Shown here in pieces: positions 34,823-47,428 of a stretch of 64,000 nt of DNA. Under the pieces are notes generated by a model. That model saw only the letters and a program-made list of their open reading frames with translations. It had not been told where the DNA came from and did not search any database. A program made the translations under genes and the position numbers. Numbering within the stretch: position 1 is the stretch's first letter; each line of letters opens with the position of its first letter. This DNA is from Malacoraja senta (taxonomy: Eukaryota): positions 6,450,001 through 6,514,000 of the forward strand of contig CM075995.1 of NCBI GenBank assembly GCA_038087875.1. Direction: 5' to 3'.

Positions 34823-37800
34823 AGCTAACAATGGTCTGTTTCCGTTATCATCGTCACTTTTATTCATTAATCGTTATCTCTCCACATCATCGTCTAAATC
34901 TCTCGTTTCCCTAGTCTGAAGTAGTGTCTCGACCCGAAAACCACCCATTCCTTCTCTCCAGAGATGCTGCCTGTCCCGCTGAGTTACTCCAGCATTTTGA
35001 GTCCACGCTCTATGACTATACCTCTATGAACAGACGATGTTTTGGCTCGAGACCCTTCTTTACACACCGAACGCTGTCGTTTATAATCTCAAGTGGCGGT
35101 AATGGCTATTTGCTAGCTTTAGTGGAGTATATAACCTAACCCTGTGTAATGAAGCCTGGGACTATTCTACCATTGCCTTTCGACAGGTGGGATCAACAGC
35201 AAATGAAGCTTCAAAGGAGAGGAGTGTAAAGAAGGGCTGATGTTTCAAAGCCTGATAGCAACATGGCTTTTAAACTGCTCCTTTTGGTTGCCTGCAATTT
35301 GCTAAACATGGTATTAAATGTAATCTGAAGTCAAAGCAAACCCATTAATTAGACTTTGGAAAACCAGGTGCACAACTTTTGTCAGACATGAACTATATGT
35401 TATTGATAGATTACATTCTCGCAACGGGGTTTAATCTTTACGGGCTTTATCGTGCACTAAACATTATTCCCGTTATCACGTATCTGTACACAGTGGACGG
35501 TTCAATTGTAATCATGTATTGTCTTTCCGCTGACTGGATAGCACGCAACAAAAGCTTTTCACTGTACCTCGGTACACGTGACAATAAATTCTAAAACTAA
35601 AACTAAACTAGTTTCTGCATCTGTACACTGTGGATGGCTCGATTGTACCACTCCCTCTTCTCCCCTCTCCCATCAGCCAAAAGGTACATAAGTGTGAAAA
35701 CGCACACCTCCTGATTCAGGGACAGTTTCTCCCCAGCTGTTATTAGGTAACTGAATCATCCAACCACAACCAGAGAACAGTACCGAACTACCGTGCACCT
35801 CAATCAGAGACTCGGTGGGCTGCAGGGTCTGTTTCTGCGCTGTATCTCTAAACTAAACTAGACTGCTGTGTTAGTAATTATACACAGATAGTAATGGGTC
35901 CAAGCACATTTAGTTTAGAGGTACAGCATGGAAACAGGCCCCTTCGGCCCACCGAATTTGCGCCGACCAGTGATCCCCACACATTAACACTATCCTACAC
36001 ACTCATTAGAGACAATTTGCATTTATACCGAAGCCAATTAACCTTTAAAACCTGTACGTCTTTGGAGTGTAGGAGGAAAGCAGAGATCTCGGTGAAAACC
36101 CACGCATGTCATGGGGAGAACGTACAAACTCCCTTCTCCCCGTAAACCCCAACACCCGTACTGATCAAGAATCCGTCAATCTCTGCCTTAAAAATACTAA
36201 TTGACTTGGCCTCCACCACTGAGTCCACACCAACCTGCAATCACCCCATACACTAGCCCTATCTTGCAGAAACTACCCCTATCTTGCAGAAACTAGCCTT
36301 TAGAGTGTGGGAGAAAACCGGGAGCACCCGCAGGAAACCCACGCAGGTCACGGGGTGAATGTACAAACTGCGTAGAGACAGCACCCGTAGTCAGGATTGA
36401 ACCCGGCTCTGGCGCTATGAGGCAGCAATTCTACCGCTGCGCCACCGTGCCGCATGTCTAATGACTGTAGTCTGCTCCTTGAGAGGCCCGCCGTAATATA
36501 AGGAAATAAATCAGTGGTGACTTCAGGCTTCCTGAATGTTTGTCGTTTGAAAGCCCTGCACACATCGATCGGGCTGCAGTTTTTGACCAGATGTGAATTC
36601 AAAGTGAAAAGGTTTAGTTGCTGGAAACAGTCGAGACTTTTAAAACTGCATAAGTAACCCTCTAAAAATTGATGACAGATTTTCTCCCTAATTGGCTTGG
36701 TAAAATTGTAAATTGTCCCTCGTGAGTGTGTAGGATAGTGACAACGTACGGGGTGATAGCTGGTGATCGTGTGGAGTCGGTGGGCCGATGTACCACCAGC
36801 AAATGGTTTGGAGATACAGCATTGCAACAAACCCTTCGGCCAACCGAGTCCATGCCGACCATCAATCACCCGTTCACACTAGTTTTATGTTATCCCACTT
36901 TCACACTGCCGATACATTAGGGGCAATTCACAGAGGGCCAATTAACCAACAAAACCCGCACATCTTTGGAAGAAACTGGAGAAAACCTATGTGGACAATA
37001 GACAATAGGTGCAGGAGTAGGCCATTTGGCCCTTTGAGCCAGCACCGCCATTCAATGTGATCATGGCTGATCATCCCCAATCAGTACCCTGTTCCTGCCT
37101 TCTCCCCATATCCCCTGACTCCACTATTTTTAAGAGCCCCATCTAGCTCTCTCTTGAAAGTATCCAGATAACCTGCCTCCACTGCCCTCTGAGGCAGAGA
37201 ATTCCACAGACTCACCACTCTCTGTGAGGAAAAAGTCACAGGATAAACGTCACAGGATGGAACCCGGGTCTCTGGCTCTGTGAGGCAGCAACTCTACCGC
37301 TGCGCCACCATGCCACGCCAAATGTGATTTCCTGGTTTGGAAAAGAAGGAACGTCAAACAAAAAAAGAGGGTAATTTTGGCCTTTTGGCTTAACATCTGT
37401 TGGCAAGATGCTGGAGTTTATAATCAAGGAAATAATAGCCAGTCATTTGGAGAAGCGTAATGTAATTAACAAGTCGCCGTGGATCTATGGAAAGTAAATC
37501 ATGTTTGACAAATTTCCTGCACTTCTTCGAGGGTGTAACGCGCAGAGTTTGCCACGGGAAGCCTGAAGATTTTTAGTTCAGTTTCGAGACACAGCGCGGA
37601 AAGAGGCCCTTCGACACACCGAGTTTGCACCGACCAATGATCCCCGCACACTAATACTATCCTACTCACACTCGGAACTATTTTACACGCACCAAGCCAA
37701 TTAACCTACAAATCTGTACGTCTTTGGAGTGTGGGAGGAAACCGTAGATCTCGGAGAAAGCCCATGCAGGTCACGGGGAGAACATAAAACTCTGTACAGG

Positions 37801-39570
37801 CAGCACCCTTAGTCGGGATCGAACCCAGGTCTCTGGCACGGCAAGCGCTGTAAGGCAGCAACTCTACCGCTGCGCCACCATGGCCATAGATGGAGTGTAT
37901 TTGTATTTTAAGAAGGCTTTAGCAGTGGCACGGTGACGTCTTTGGAGTGTGGGAGGAAACCGGAGATCTTGGAGAAAACCCACGCTGGTCTGGGGGAGAA
38001 CGTACAAACTCTGTACACACAGCACCCGTAGTCAGGATCAAACCCGGGTCTCTGGCGCTACAAGGCAGCAACTCTACCGCTGCGCCACCGTCTCTCGATT
38101 CACTAAATTATGGCGCTGTGTCTCGACCCGAAACATCACCCATTCCTTCTCTCCAGAGATGCTGCCTGACTTGCTGAGTTAGTCCAGCAGGATGTGTGTC
38201 TATCTTCGGTATATACCAGATTTTGCAATTCCTTTCTGCACAACCTACAAACCTGTACATCTTTGGAGTGTGGAAGGAAACAGGAGCACCCAGAGAGAAA
38301 TGCACGCAGGTCACACGGAGAACGTACAAACCCCGTACAGACAGCCCCCTTAGTCAGGATGGAACCCGTGTGTCTGGTGCTGTGAGGCAGCAACTCTACC
38401 GCTGCGCCACCGTGCCGCTCCTGGTGTGAGTGAGGCTCAGTGCTCCTGCCTTCCTGTATGGCACAATGCAGCTTAGGTACCTGCTCCACTGTTCTAAATT
38501 CATCTAAAGCCGTCTGAACTGCAGCTTTAAGCAAAGCGTGCAGTAATTCCGTTATCTCTATCCTGCAGCGTGATTCTTATTATTGTCATGGCATCTTCTG
38601 AGTTCCACCTAACAGTGCACCCTCAGTGTCGTACTTTGTAAAATCATGTTTCACTCTTTGTACCGATTTATAACTCGGCAAAGTGCAATAGGAAGCAAGG
38701 TGTCATAATCACACGACAATCAGTCTGCTACTTTTGATGTGTTGTCGCTGTTACGTAGGCCAGTATTGAAGGCAATACCGTAACATAAGGGCCCTATGTG
38801 GCGGCACGGTGGCGCAGCAGTAGAGTTGCCGCCTCACAGCGCCAGAGACCAGGGTTCCATCCTGACTACAGGTGCTGTCCGCACGGAGTTTGTATGTTCT
38901 CCCCGTGACCTGCGTAGGTTTTCACCAAGATCTTCGGTTTTCTCCCACACTCCAAAGACGTGCAGGTTTGTAGGTCAATTGGTTTCGGTAAAAATTGTAA
39001 ATCAAGTATCAAGTATCCTTTAATGTCATTCAGACTTTTCAGTCTGAACGAAATTTCTAAATTGTCCTGAGTGTGCAGGATATCGCTTGTGTACGGGGTG
39101 ATCGCTGGTAGGCTAGGACACGGTGGGCTGAAGAGCCTGCTTTCGCGCTCTATCTATAAACTAAACTAAACTGACCCTTCGGCCCAATTTGTCCATGCTG
39201 ATCAAAATACGGGTGCTTAGTTTAATTTAGTTTAGAGATACAGACACTTGGGCCCACCAAGCCTGCGCCACACACACTATCACTATCCTACGCACACTGG
39301 GGACAATTTAACCAAGCCAATTAACCTACAAACTTGTAAATCTTTGGAGTGTGGGAGGAAACCCACGCAGTCACAGGGAGTAGGTACAAACTCCTTACAG
39401 ACAGCACCCGTAGTCAGGATCGAACCTGGGTCTTTAGCGCTGTAAACCAGCAACTCCACGCTGCACCACCGTACCGCCCAGGACCGGATCTATCTGTACG
39501 AAGTTTTTACGCTCGGCTCGTGACTGCGTGTATTTTTGCCGGGTGCTCCGGTTTCCTCCCACACTCCAAA

Positions 39571-40611
39571 TAGCAATGTTACAAAATTTTGAGATTTAAA
39601 AAATAAAGTCTGCAATTTATCCCATCAGATAAAGCATAAAAAGAAGTTTAATTTGACACTTAATTCACTTTCATATCTTCAGTATTAAAAAAGTTATGGC
39701 CATTATCATACTCAGAAATTAGCATCTAGTTCCCTATTGCTTTTCCATTGACTTAACACAAAAGCTGTGATCGAGGACAGTTAAAAGCCCATAACTTTCT
39801 TAAAAATTATGGTAACTGAAAGAAATTTTCAGGTATTATAGATTGAAGCATTCTGAAACAAATATGAAACAATCTTACTTCGAAGACATGAAAGTAAAGC
39901 ATATAATTAGTTAGTTACCTAATTGTAGCTAATTACAAAATTCAATTACTAGATCTAAACATCTATCAATTTCTTAAGAATAGATTAACATTTTTAAATA
40001 GCCTAAGTGTCCAAATAACATTCACACAATAATTCACAATATAACATAAATTTTAAATCTAATTTTCATGAATTTACAGGCCAAATGGAAGGAATTGAAT
40101 GTTTAATACCTGTAAATTAATGGGCATTTAATTCATCTTGCGAGTGAGAATTTCTGGAACGCGATCTTTTGGAACGTTCATTTGCGGTGAATTTAACCCC
40201 GTATTGGCATGAAAAATACTGCCGTTAATTCGGGGAATAAAATCACCGTGTCGCATGAAAAAATGTGAATTAAAGGCTTCTTAAGAAGCACTTTTATACA
40301 TTTAAAGAAAGCACTTTTGTTTACCTGTCCATTGTGTGAAATCCGTCCCCGTTATTGGCGTTGACGCTTCAGGAGCTGCTTTTAAAATGACTGTAGCGCT
40401 GACATTGACGATTTAATAAAAAAAAAAAATTCCCAAAAAGCCGGTAGGAACGATTTTGCCAGCGAAGTTTTGTACTCCAACAAAATATTTCCAGGACAGG
40501 GGAGGTTAAACCGCGTTTTAACCCCGCCCCCCCCTTAAAGGCGCCAAAATCGCGCACACGGCCAGTGGCAGAATTACAGCGCGACTGAAGGTAAGTTTTG
40601 TAACATACCTA
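39571..40611. mobile_element. Non-autonomous TIR DNA transposon (hAT-like), ~1.04 kb, inserted in a V-SINE
   Basis: Termini tagcaatgttacaaaa and ttttgtaacataccta (14/16 match); TSD ctccaaa at 39564-39570 and 40612-40618; the SINE resumes seamlessly (cacactccaaa|gacgtacagg). Confidence 0.88.
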
Positions 40612-43476
40612 CTCCAAAGACGTACAGGTTTGTAGGTTACTTGGCTTTGGTAAAGATTGTAAATTGTCCCTCGTGTGTGTGTGTGTGTGTAGGATAGTGT
40701 CAGTGTACGGGGTGATCACTGGTCGGAGCGGACTCGGTGGGCCGAAGGGCATGTTTCCGCGCTGTATCTCTAAACTAAACTAAACTAAACAAATGAATCT
40801 TGCTGGAGTTACTGGAGGGAGGTGTGTTTGTGTGGACATTACACATTGTTGCAGACTGCTTTGGGCTTTTTAAATGAGACCTGCATCTGTGCAATGCTGC
40901 TCATTTATCATTAGGCATGACTCATTAAGTTTGTTTTAACCCTGCCATGAAAATTAATGCGGTGTTTGTGTTCTTCAGCCACAGAGATGACTGATGGGTT
41001 TTAATGTCAGAGTCATACATCGTGGAAATAAGCTCTTCGGCAAAACTTGCCCACGCCGACCAACATGTCCCATCTGCCCTAGTCCCACCTGCCTGCGTTT
41101 GGCCCGTACCCCTCTAAACCTGTCCTCAATTTAGTTTAGTTTATTGTCACGTGTACCGAGGTACAATGAAAGCTTTTGTTGCGTGCTAACCAGTCAGCAG
41201 GAAGACAATACGTGATTACAACCGAGCCATTTACAGTGTACAGATACATGATGAAGGGAATAACATTTAGTGCAAGGGAAAATCAACAAAGCCTGATCAA
41301 AGATAGTACGAAGGTCTCCAAAGAGGTAGATGGTTGTTCATGACTGCTCTTTAGTCCATGTGCCTGTTCAAATGTTTCTTAAACGTTGGGATAGTCCCTA
41401 CCTCAACTACCTCCTCCGGCAGCTCGTTCCATACACCCAGCACCCATTGTGTGAAAACGTTACCCCATAGTATTAAATCTCCCCCCCCCCCCCCCCTCAC
41501 CTTAAGCCTATTTCACTCAGCTTCCCTTGGTTGGTGTCAGAACATAGAAATGTACAGCACAAGAACAGGCTTTTCGGCCCAAAATGTTTAGTTTAGTTTA
41601 TTATTGTCACGTGTACCGAGGTATAGTGAAAAGCTTTTTTGTTGCATGCTCCCTAGTCAGCAGAAAGACTGTACAAGATCACAATCAAGCTGTCCACAGC
41701 GTACCGCTACAGCTAAATTAGAAACATAGAAAATGGGTGCAGGAGTAGGCAATTCAGCCCTTCGAGTAAGCACTACCATTCAACCAATCAATCATTCAGA
41801 TTTATTCATCACATACACAATAAAGTTCAGTGAAATTAACTTTATTGATCAATATGATCATTCAATATGATCATGGCTGATCATCCAAAATCAGTACCCT
41901 GTTCCTGTTTTTTCCCCATATCCCTTGATTCCGTTAACCCTAAGAGCTATATCTAACTCTCTTAAAAGAAAAATTATTTCCTTTGTGCTTCAATGTTAGA
42001 GCATGACGCTCAATTTTTTTTTATTTGCAGCATGTGAGAAATATGTGCTGTTTTTTCTGCCTAGCCGGGCATTTTATTTTTAGAATATGAAATAGGGTGC
42101 ATTCTTGTGATAACGTAGTTATTTTCTGCATTATGGTTAATTGATAAATGCCGGATTAAGTTCCTGCATGGATCAGTTTATAGGAAGGAGACTCTGCGGC
42201 TCCAGTCAGTAGCTGGACAGAACGATGTCCCAATCACTCTCTCTGCCTTTGTTTCTGCAGAAATGCTTTCAAGTAATTCAGTTTGCATTAGCGTCATAGA
42301 GTTCTACAGTGTGGAAACAGGCCCTTCGGCCCAACTTGCCTGCTCACACCGGCCAACATGTCCCATCTACACTAGGGCGGCCACGGTGGCGCAGCGAAAG
42401 AGTTGCTGCCTCACAGCGCCAGAGACCCGGGTTCGATCCCGACTACAGGTGCTGTCTGCACGGAGATTGTATGTTCTCCCTTTGACCTCCGTGGGTTTTC
42501 TCCAAGATCTTCGGTTTCCTACCACCTTCCAAAGATGAACAGGTTTGTAGGTTAATTGGCTCGGTGTAAATGTAAAATTGTCCGTGGTGTGTGTAGGGTA
42601 GTGTTAATGTGCGGGGATCGTGGTCGGTGTGGCCGCAGGGCCTGTTTCCGCGCTGTATCACTAAATTAGACTAAACTAAACACCAGTCCCACCTGCCTAC
42701 CTTTAGCCCATATCCATCTAAACCCGTCCTATCCGTGTACCTGTCTAAATGTTTCTTAAACGTTGCGATGGCACCTGCCTCAACTACCTCCTCCGGCAGC
42801 TCGTTTTACACACTTGCCACCCTTTATGTGAAAATGTTGCCCCTCAGATTCTTAGCATGATATATCATCTCAAGAATGGCAGATGTGAAATAGATTAATC
42901 ATATTATTGTGCGGTTCAGTCACATGCTGGCGTATTTATCTGCCACTTAAGTAGTGTTGATGTGTTTACAGTGTAAAATCGATTTTTTTTTGTTTGCTTA
43001 ATGTTGTCGGCTTTGTTAGTCTCGCGTGTAATTTGCTGCAAGGTCCCTCTGCTGGCTCGGGTGAGAAGTTAAATTGGCACGGAATACTTTCCATCCCAGA
43101 GACAACCAGAGGACATAAGTATAAGGTGAGGGGGGGAAGGATTTAATAGGAACCTGAGGGGTAACTTTTTCGCACAAAGGGTGGTGGGTGTACGGAACGA
43201 GCTGCCGGAGGAGGTAGTTGAGGCAGGTATTATCGCAAAGTTTAAGAAACATTTAGACAGGTACATGGATGGGACAGGTTTGGAGGGATATGGGCCAAGC
43301 GCAGGCAGGTGGCACTAGAGTAGATGGGGCATGTTGGTCAGTGTGGGCAAGTTGTGCCGAAGGGGCTGTTTCCACGCTGTATCACTCTGACTCTCAGCTG
43401 CTGAATTCTAAAAGTCTTTGTGGCCTGGGATTAAGAATTGCCTCCCTGTGAAGCAATAGAAGCAAACAGCTTCACA

Positions 43477-44063
43477 GACAATAGACAATAGGTGCAGGAG
43501 TAGGCCATTTGGCCCTTCGAGCCAGCACCGCCATTCAATGTGATCATGGCTGATCATCCCCAATCAGTACCCTGTTCCTGCCTTCTCCCCATAACCCCTC
43601 ACTCCGCTATTTTTAAGAGCCCTATCTAGCTCTCTCTTGAAAGCATCCAGAGAACTGGCCTCCATCGCCCTCTGAGGCAGAGAATTCCACAGACTCACCA
43701 CTCTCTGTGAGAAAAAGTGTTTCCTCGTCTCCGTTCTAATTGGCTTACTCCTTATTCTTAAACTGTGGCCCCTGGTTCTGGACTCCCCCAACATCGGGAA
43801 CATGTTTCCTGCCTCTAGTGTGTCCAAGCCCTTAACAATCTTATATGTTTCAATGAGATGCCCTCTCATCCTTCTAAACTCCAGAGTGTACAAGCCCAGC
43901 TGCTCCATTCTCTCAGCATATGACAGTCCCGCCATCCCGGGAATTAACCTTGTAAACCTACGCTGCACTCCCTCAATAGCAAGAATGTCATTCCTCAAAT
44001 TAGGGGACCAAAACTGCACACAATACTCCAGGTGTGGTCTCACTAGGGCTCTGTACAACTGCA
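43477..44063 (-). mobile_element. CR1 LINE 3' fragment, well preserved
   Basis: Open frame YRALVRPHLEYCVQFWSP...GYGEKAGTGY; tail (ctattgt)n. Confidence 0.92.
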
Positions 44064-44475
44064 GTCATGCCTGTCCCGAGTGAAACTGGAACCCTGCTGC
44101 CTACAAGGAGGTGGTCTTGGAGGGGAGGATGCTCCTCAAACTGCGGAGCATCTTGGACAATACCCCCTCCATGGAGCTCACCCCCTCCATGACACACTGG
44201 TCAACCTGAGGAGCACCTTCAGCAACAGACTGGTTCCACCAAGATGCAGCACAGAACGCGACAGGAGATCCTTTTTTCCTGTGGCTATCAAATTGAACAA
44301 CTCCTCCCCCATCTGTCATGGGATAGTGAGAGTGACTCCCCTCCCCCTCCCACCTCCCCATTCCTAGACTTACCACTCGTCACTTTAATTTCATGTTTCA
44401 TGTATTTTGTTGTGTTTTATGACTGTTGGCAGAGCAAGATCCCTCCTGGGATAAATAAAGTTCTATCGCATCGTA
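44064..44475 (+). mobile_element. Rex/Babar-type LINE 3' fragment (shorter copy at 32183-32452)
   Basis: HPLHDTL...RLVPPRCSTERDRRSFFPVAIKLNN; tail gggataaataaagttctatcg. Confidence 0.75.
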
Positions 44476-45204
44476 CAAAGGCGGGTTTATTTTGAAAGGG
44501 AGGAAAGATCTTGCGACTCCTGAGTATTAAATTGTTGCCCCTTTGGATTCTGTGCCTGGCAAAGCTCTAAATCAGCAAACATCTGTGAAGTAATCGATCA
44601 ACAGTGTGCAGGTGGAATTTGCAGCACACCAGAGGCGGCACGGTGGAGCAGCAGTAGAGTTGCTGCCTCACAGCGCCAGAGACCCGGGAGCCATCCTGAC
44701 TACGGGTGCGGTCTGTATCGAGTTTGTACCTTCTCCCCGTGACCGGCGTGGGTTTTTTCCGGGTGCTTTGACTATTTTGGCTTTGGTTAAAACCGGGGTC
44801 TCTGGCACTGTAAGGCAGCAACTCTACCGCTGCGCCACCTTGCCGACCGACCCTGGAGAGAAAATACTGTTTAAAAAAAAAATTGTTTGTAAAGGAAAAA
44901 CTACTTGAGGTATGTGGCATAAAAGAAGAAATTTGCATATAGATGAACACATTGAAGCCTTCAAATGCTTCCAAGAGGAAAGATTTTATCAGGGAATGTT
45001 ATACGAACTGCAGTGAAACAAAATGGTGGTGGGGGGGGGGGTGTTGTACATTAATTAAAGTCTGCTCGCACATATCCTCCTCTCTTCTCTTGCCTCTGAT
45101 GGCTTTCAGCTGCATTTTGTGCCAGGAGATTAAATGTTGCTGTGATTGATAGCTGGGCCAAACTTTCCTAATTTGCTGATCAGACAAATGAATGATCTGG
45201 TTTA

Positions 45205-45630
45205 GACCTCTCCTTCCTCTCCCTCTCCCTCTCCCTCTCCCTCTCCCTCTCCCTCTCCCTCTCCCTCTCCCTCTCCCTCTCCCTCTCCCTCTCCCTCTCC
45301 CTCTCCCTCTCCCTCTCCCTCTCCCTCTCCCTCTCCCCCTCCCTCTCCCCCTCCCCCTCCGCCTCCCCCTCCCCTCCCCCCTCTCCCCCTCCCCCTCCCC
45401 CCCCTTCCCCCCTCCCTCCCCCTCCCTCCCCCTCTCGTTCTCTCCCTACCTCTCCCCCTCCCACTCTCTCCCCGCCTCCCCCTCTCCCCCTCACCCTCAC
45501 ACCCTCCCCATCTTCCTCTCCCTCTTTCTTTCTCTCTCTCCCCCACCCTCTCCCCCTCAGCCTCTCTCTCTCCCCCTCACCCTCTCCCCATCTTCCTCTC
45601 CCTCTTTCTTTCTCTCTCTCCCTCTCTATA
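45205..45630. repeat. (CTCTCC)n microsatellite and polypyrimidine tract
   Basis: Direct inspection. Confidence 0.95.
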
Positions 45631-46204
45631 ATATTCAAAGTCCAAAGTCCGGTCGGCCCGCGGGCTCGATATGCTGGAGCAGTTCCCGCGAACCGACGTC
45701 CCTCTCCTCTCCTCTCGCCCGGCCATCTTTGTGTCTCGGGGGCAACTCCTGCAGCTGACCGTGAAGGCGCTGGAGGCATCACCCCGGTACACCCTCCAAC
45801 CCGGCACTTGCCCGTCGCGTCCCACGCCTCCAGCTCCCTCCCGGTTACGCCGACCCACGAGCCTTTGGTTTAATTTAGTTTATTATTGTCACGTGAACCG
45901 AGGTACAGTGAAAAGCTTTTATTTGCGTGCTATCGAGTCAAAGAAAAGACTGTAAGTGATTATTCTCAAGCTGCCCACAGTGTGCCGATTCGGGCGGGTT
46001 CCCGGTCCTACGGACCGACGAGCCTTCAGGTGGGTTCCCAGTGCCAGCCACCTGCGGGCTGGACATACGGTGTGCGTGAGGTTGCAGCCCCTGTTCCAGT
46101 ATCTAAAGAGGCTGCTGGGACAGCTGGGCACTGCGGGGGGTGGAATGAATCCTTAATAAGGATGGGGAAATAGTTGTATAGTAGTAGATTTAGTATTGAA
46201 GAAT

Positions 46205-46630
46205 ATTGAAGAAGGTTCACAAGGTTAATCCCCGGGATGGCAGGACTGTCATATGAGGAAAGATTGGAAAGTCTGGGCTTGTATTCACTGGAATTTAGGA
46301 TGAGAGGGGATCTTATAGAAATGTATAAAATTATAAAAGGACTGGACAAGCGAGATGCAGGAAAAATGTTCCCAATGTTGGGGGAGTCCAGAACCAGGGG
46401 CTACAGTCTAAGAATAATGGGGAGTCCATTTAAAACTGAGATGAGAAAACAATCCAGAGAGTTGTGAATTTGTGGAATTCTCTGCCACAGAAGGCAGTGG
46501 AGGCCAATTCACTAAATTAATTTAAAAGAGAGTTAGATAGAGTTCTTGGGGCTAGCGGAATCAAGGGGTATGGGGAGAAGGCAGGCACGGGTTACTGATT
46601 GTGGATAATCAGCCATGATCACAATGAATG
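46205..46630 (+). mobile_element. CR1 LINE 3' fragment
   Basis: RRFTRLIPGMAGLSYEERLESLGLYSLEF. Confidence 0.9.
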
Positions 46631-46942
46631 CCGGTGTGGGCGAGTTGGGCCGAAGGGCCTGTTTCCACACTGTATCTATGACCCAAGGGAAAATTTACAG
46701 AGGCCAATTAACCCACATCCTTTGAGATGTGGGACAAAACTGGAGCCCCCGGAGAGAAAACATGCGGTCACGGAGTGAACATGCAGACTCCATACAGACA
46801 GCACACAAAGTAATTGGAGCTGTGAGGTGGCAGCTCTAAATTACTGTTGTCATAAATTTGAGTCAATGTTGGCGCTTTCTGTGGAAACTGTTTCTATACT
46901 TCAAGCAAGTTTCTATACTTCAATAAAACAATAACATGATGT

Positions 46943-47066
46943 GTAAGAAAAACTGCAGATGCTGGTTTAAATCGAAGGTAGACACAAAATGCTGGAGTAA
47001 CGCAGGCAGCATCTCTGGAGAGAAGGAATGGGTGACGTTTCGGGTCGAGACCCTTCTTCAGACAAC
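46943..47066 (-). mobile_element. Minimal Penelope pLTR insert (~120 bp) starting at the hammerhead core
   Basis: TSD aacatgatgt at 46933-46942 and 47067-47076; contains the full motif at 47034-47061. Confidence 0.85.
47034..47061 (-). ncRNA. Minimal type I hammerhead ribozyme motif (Penelope type)
   Basis: Minus strand CUGAAGA-A-GGGU(CUCG)ACCC-GAA-ACGU-C: conserved CUGAnGA and GAAA boxes, helix II, palindromic ACGU helix III, GUC cleavage triplet. Helix I is only ~2 bp and activity is untested. Confidence 0.7.
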
Positions 47067-47253
47067 AACATGATGTTCTCTGTAGCTTTTGTTTGAGCGA
47101 TAACTATTGACTATCCTTCCAAGACGACGCCCAACGTAGGCGACTATTTGCGTGCTAGCCACAGAAGCAGATCTACAATCACACATTACAGTCGGTCAAA
47201 AGTGTGGCACAGTGGCGCAGCTGGTGGAGTTGCTGCCTCACGGTGCCAGAGAC

Positions 47254-47428
47254 CACAGAGTGCTGGAGTAACTCAGCGGGTCAGGCATCATCTCTGGAGA
47301 ACATGGATAGGTGACGTTTCACAGAGTGCTGGAGTAACTCAGCGGGTCAGGCAGCATCTGTGGAGAACGTGGATAGGTGGCGTTTCACAGAGTGCTGGAA
47401 TAACTCAGCGAGTCAGGCAGCATCTCTG
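47254..47428. repeat. 66-bp minisatellite (~2.7 units) derived from the Penelope pLTR
   Basis: Units begin cacagagtgctgga at 47254, 47320 and 47386. Confidence 0.92.

Noticed and set aside
36252..36297. ~23-bp tandem duplication (ccctatcttgcagaaacta twice)
   Set aside because: Ordinary slippage duplication inside a degraded SINE
45180..45782. Long ORFs rich in ER, LP or GE repeats (also 15051-15407, 56586-57170)
   Set aside because: Translations of (CTCTCC)n and purine/pyrimidine tracts; no coding evidence
47254..47428. Regularly spaced repeats resembling a CRISPR array
   Set aside because: Contiguous tandem units with no unique spacers, eukaryotic context, no cas genes
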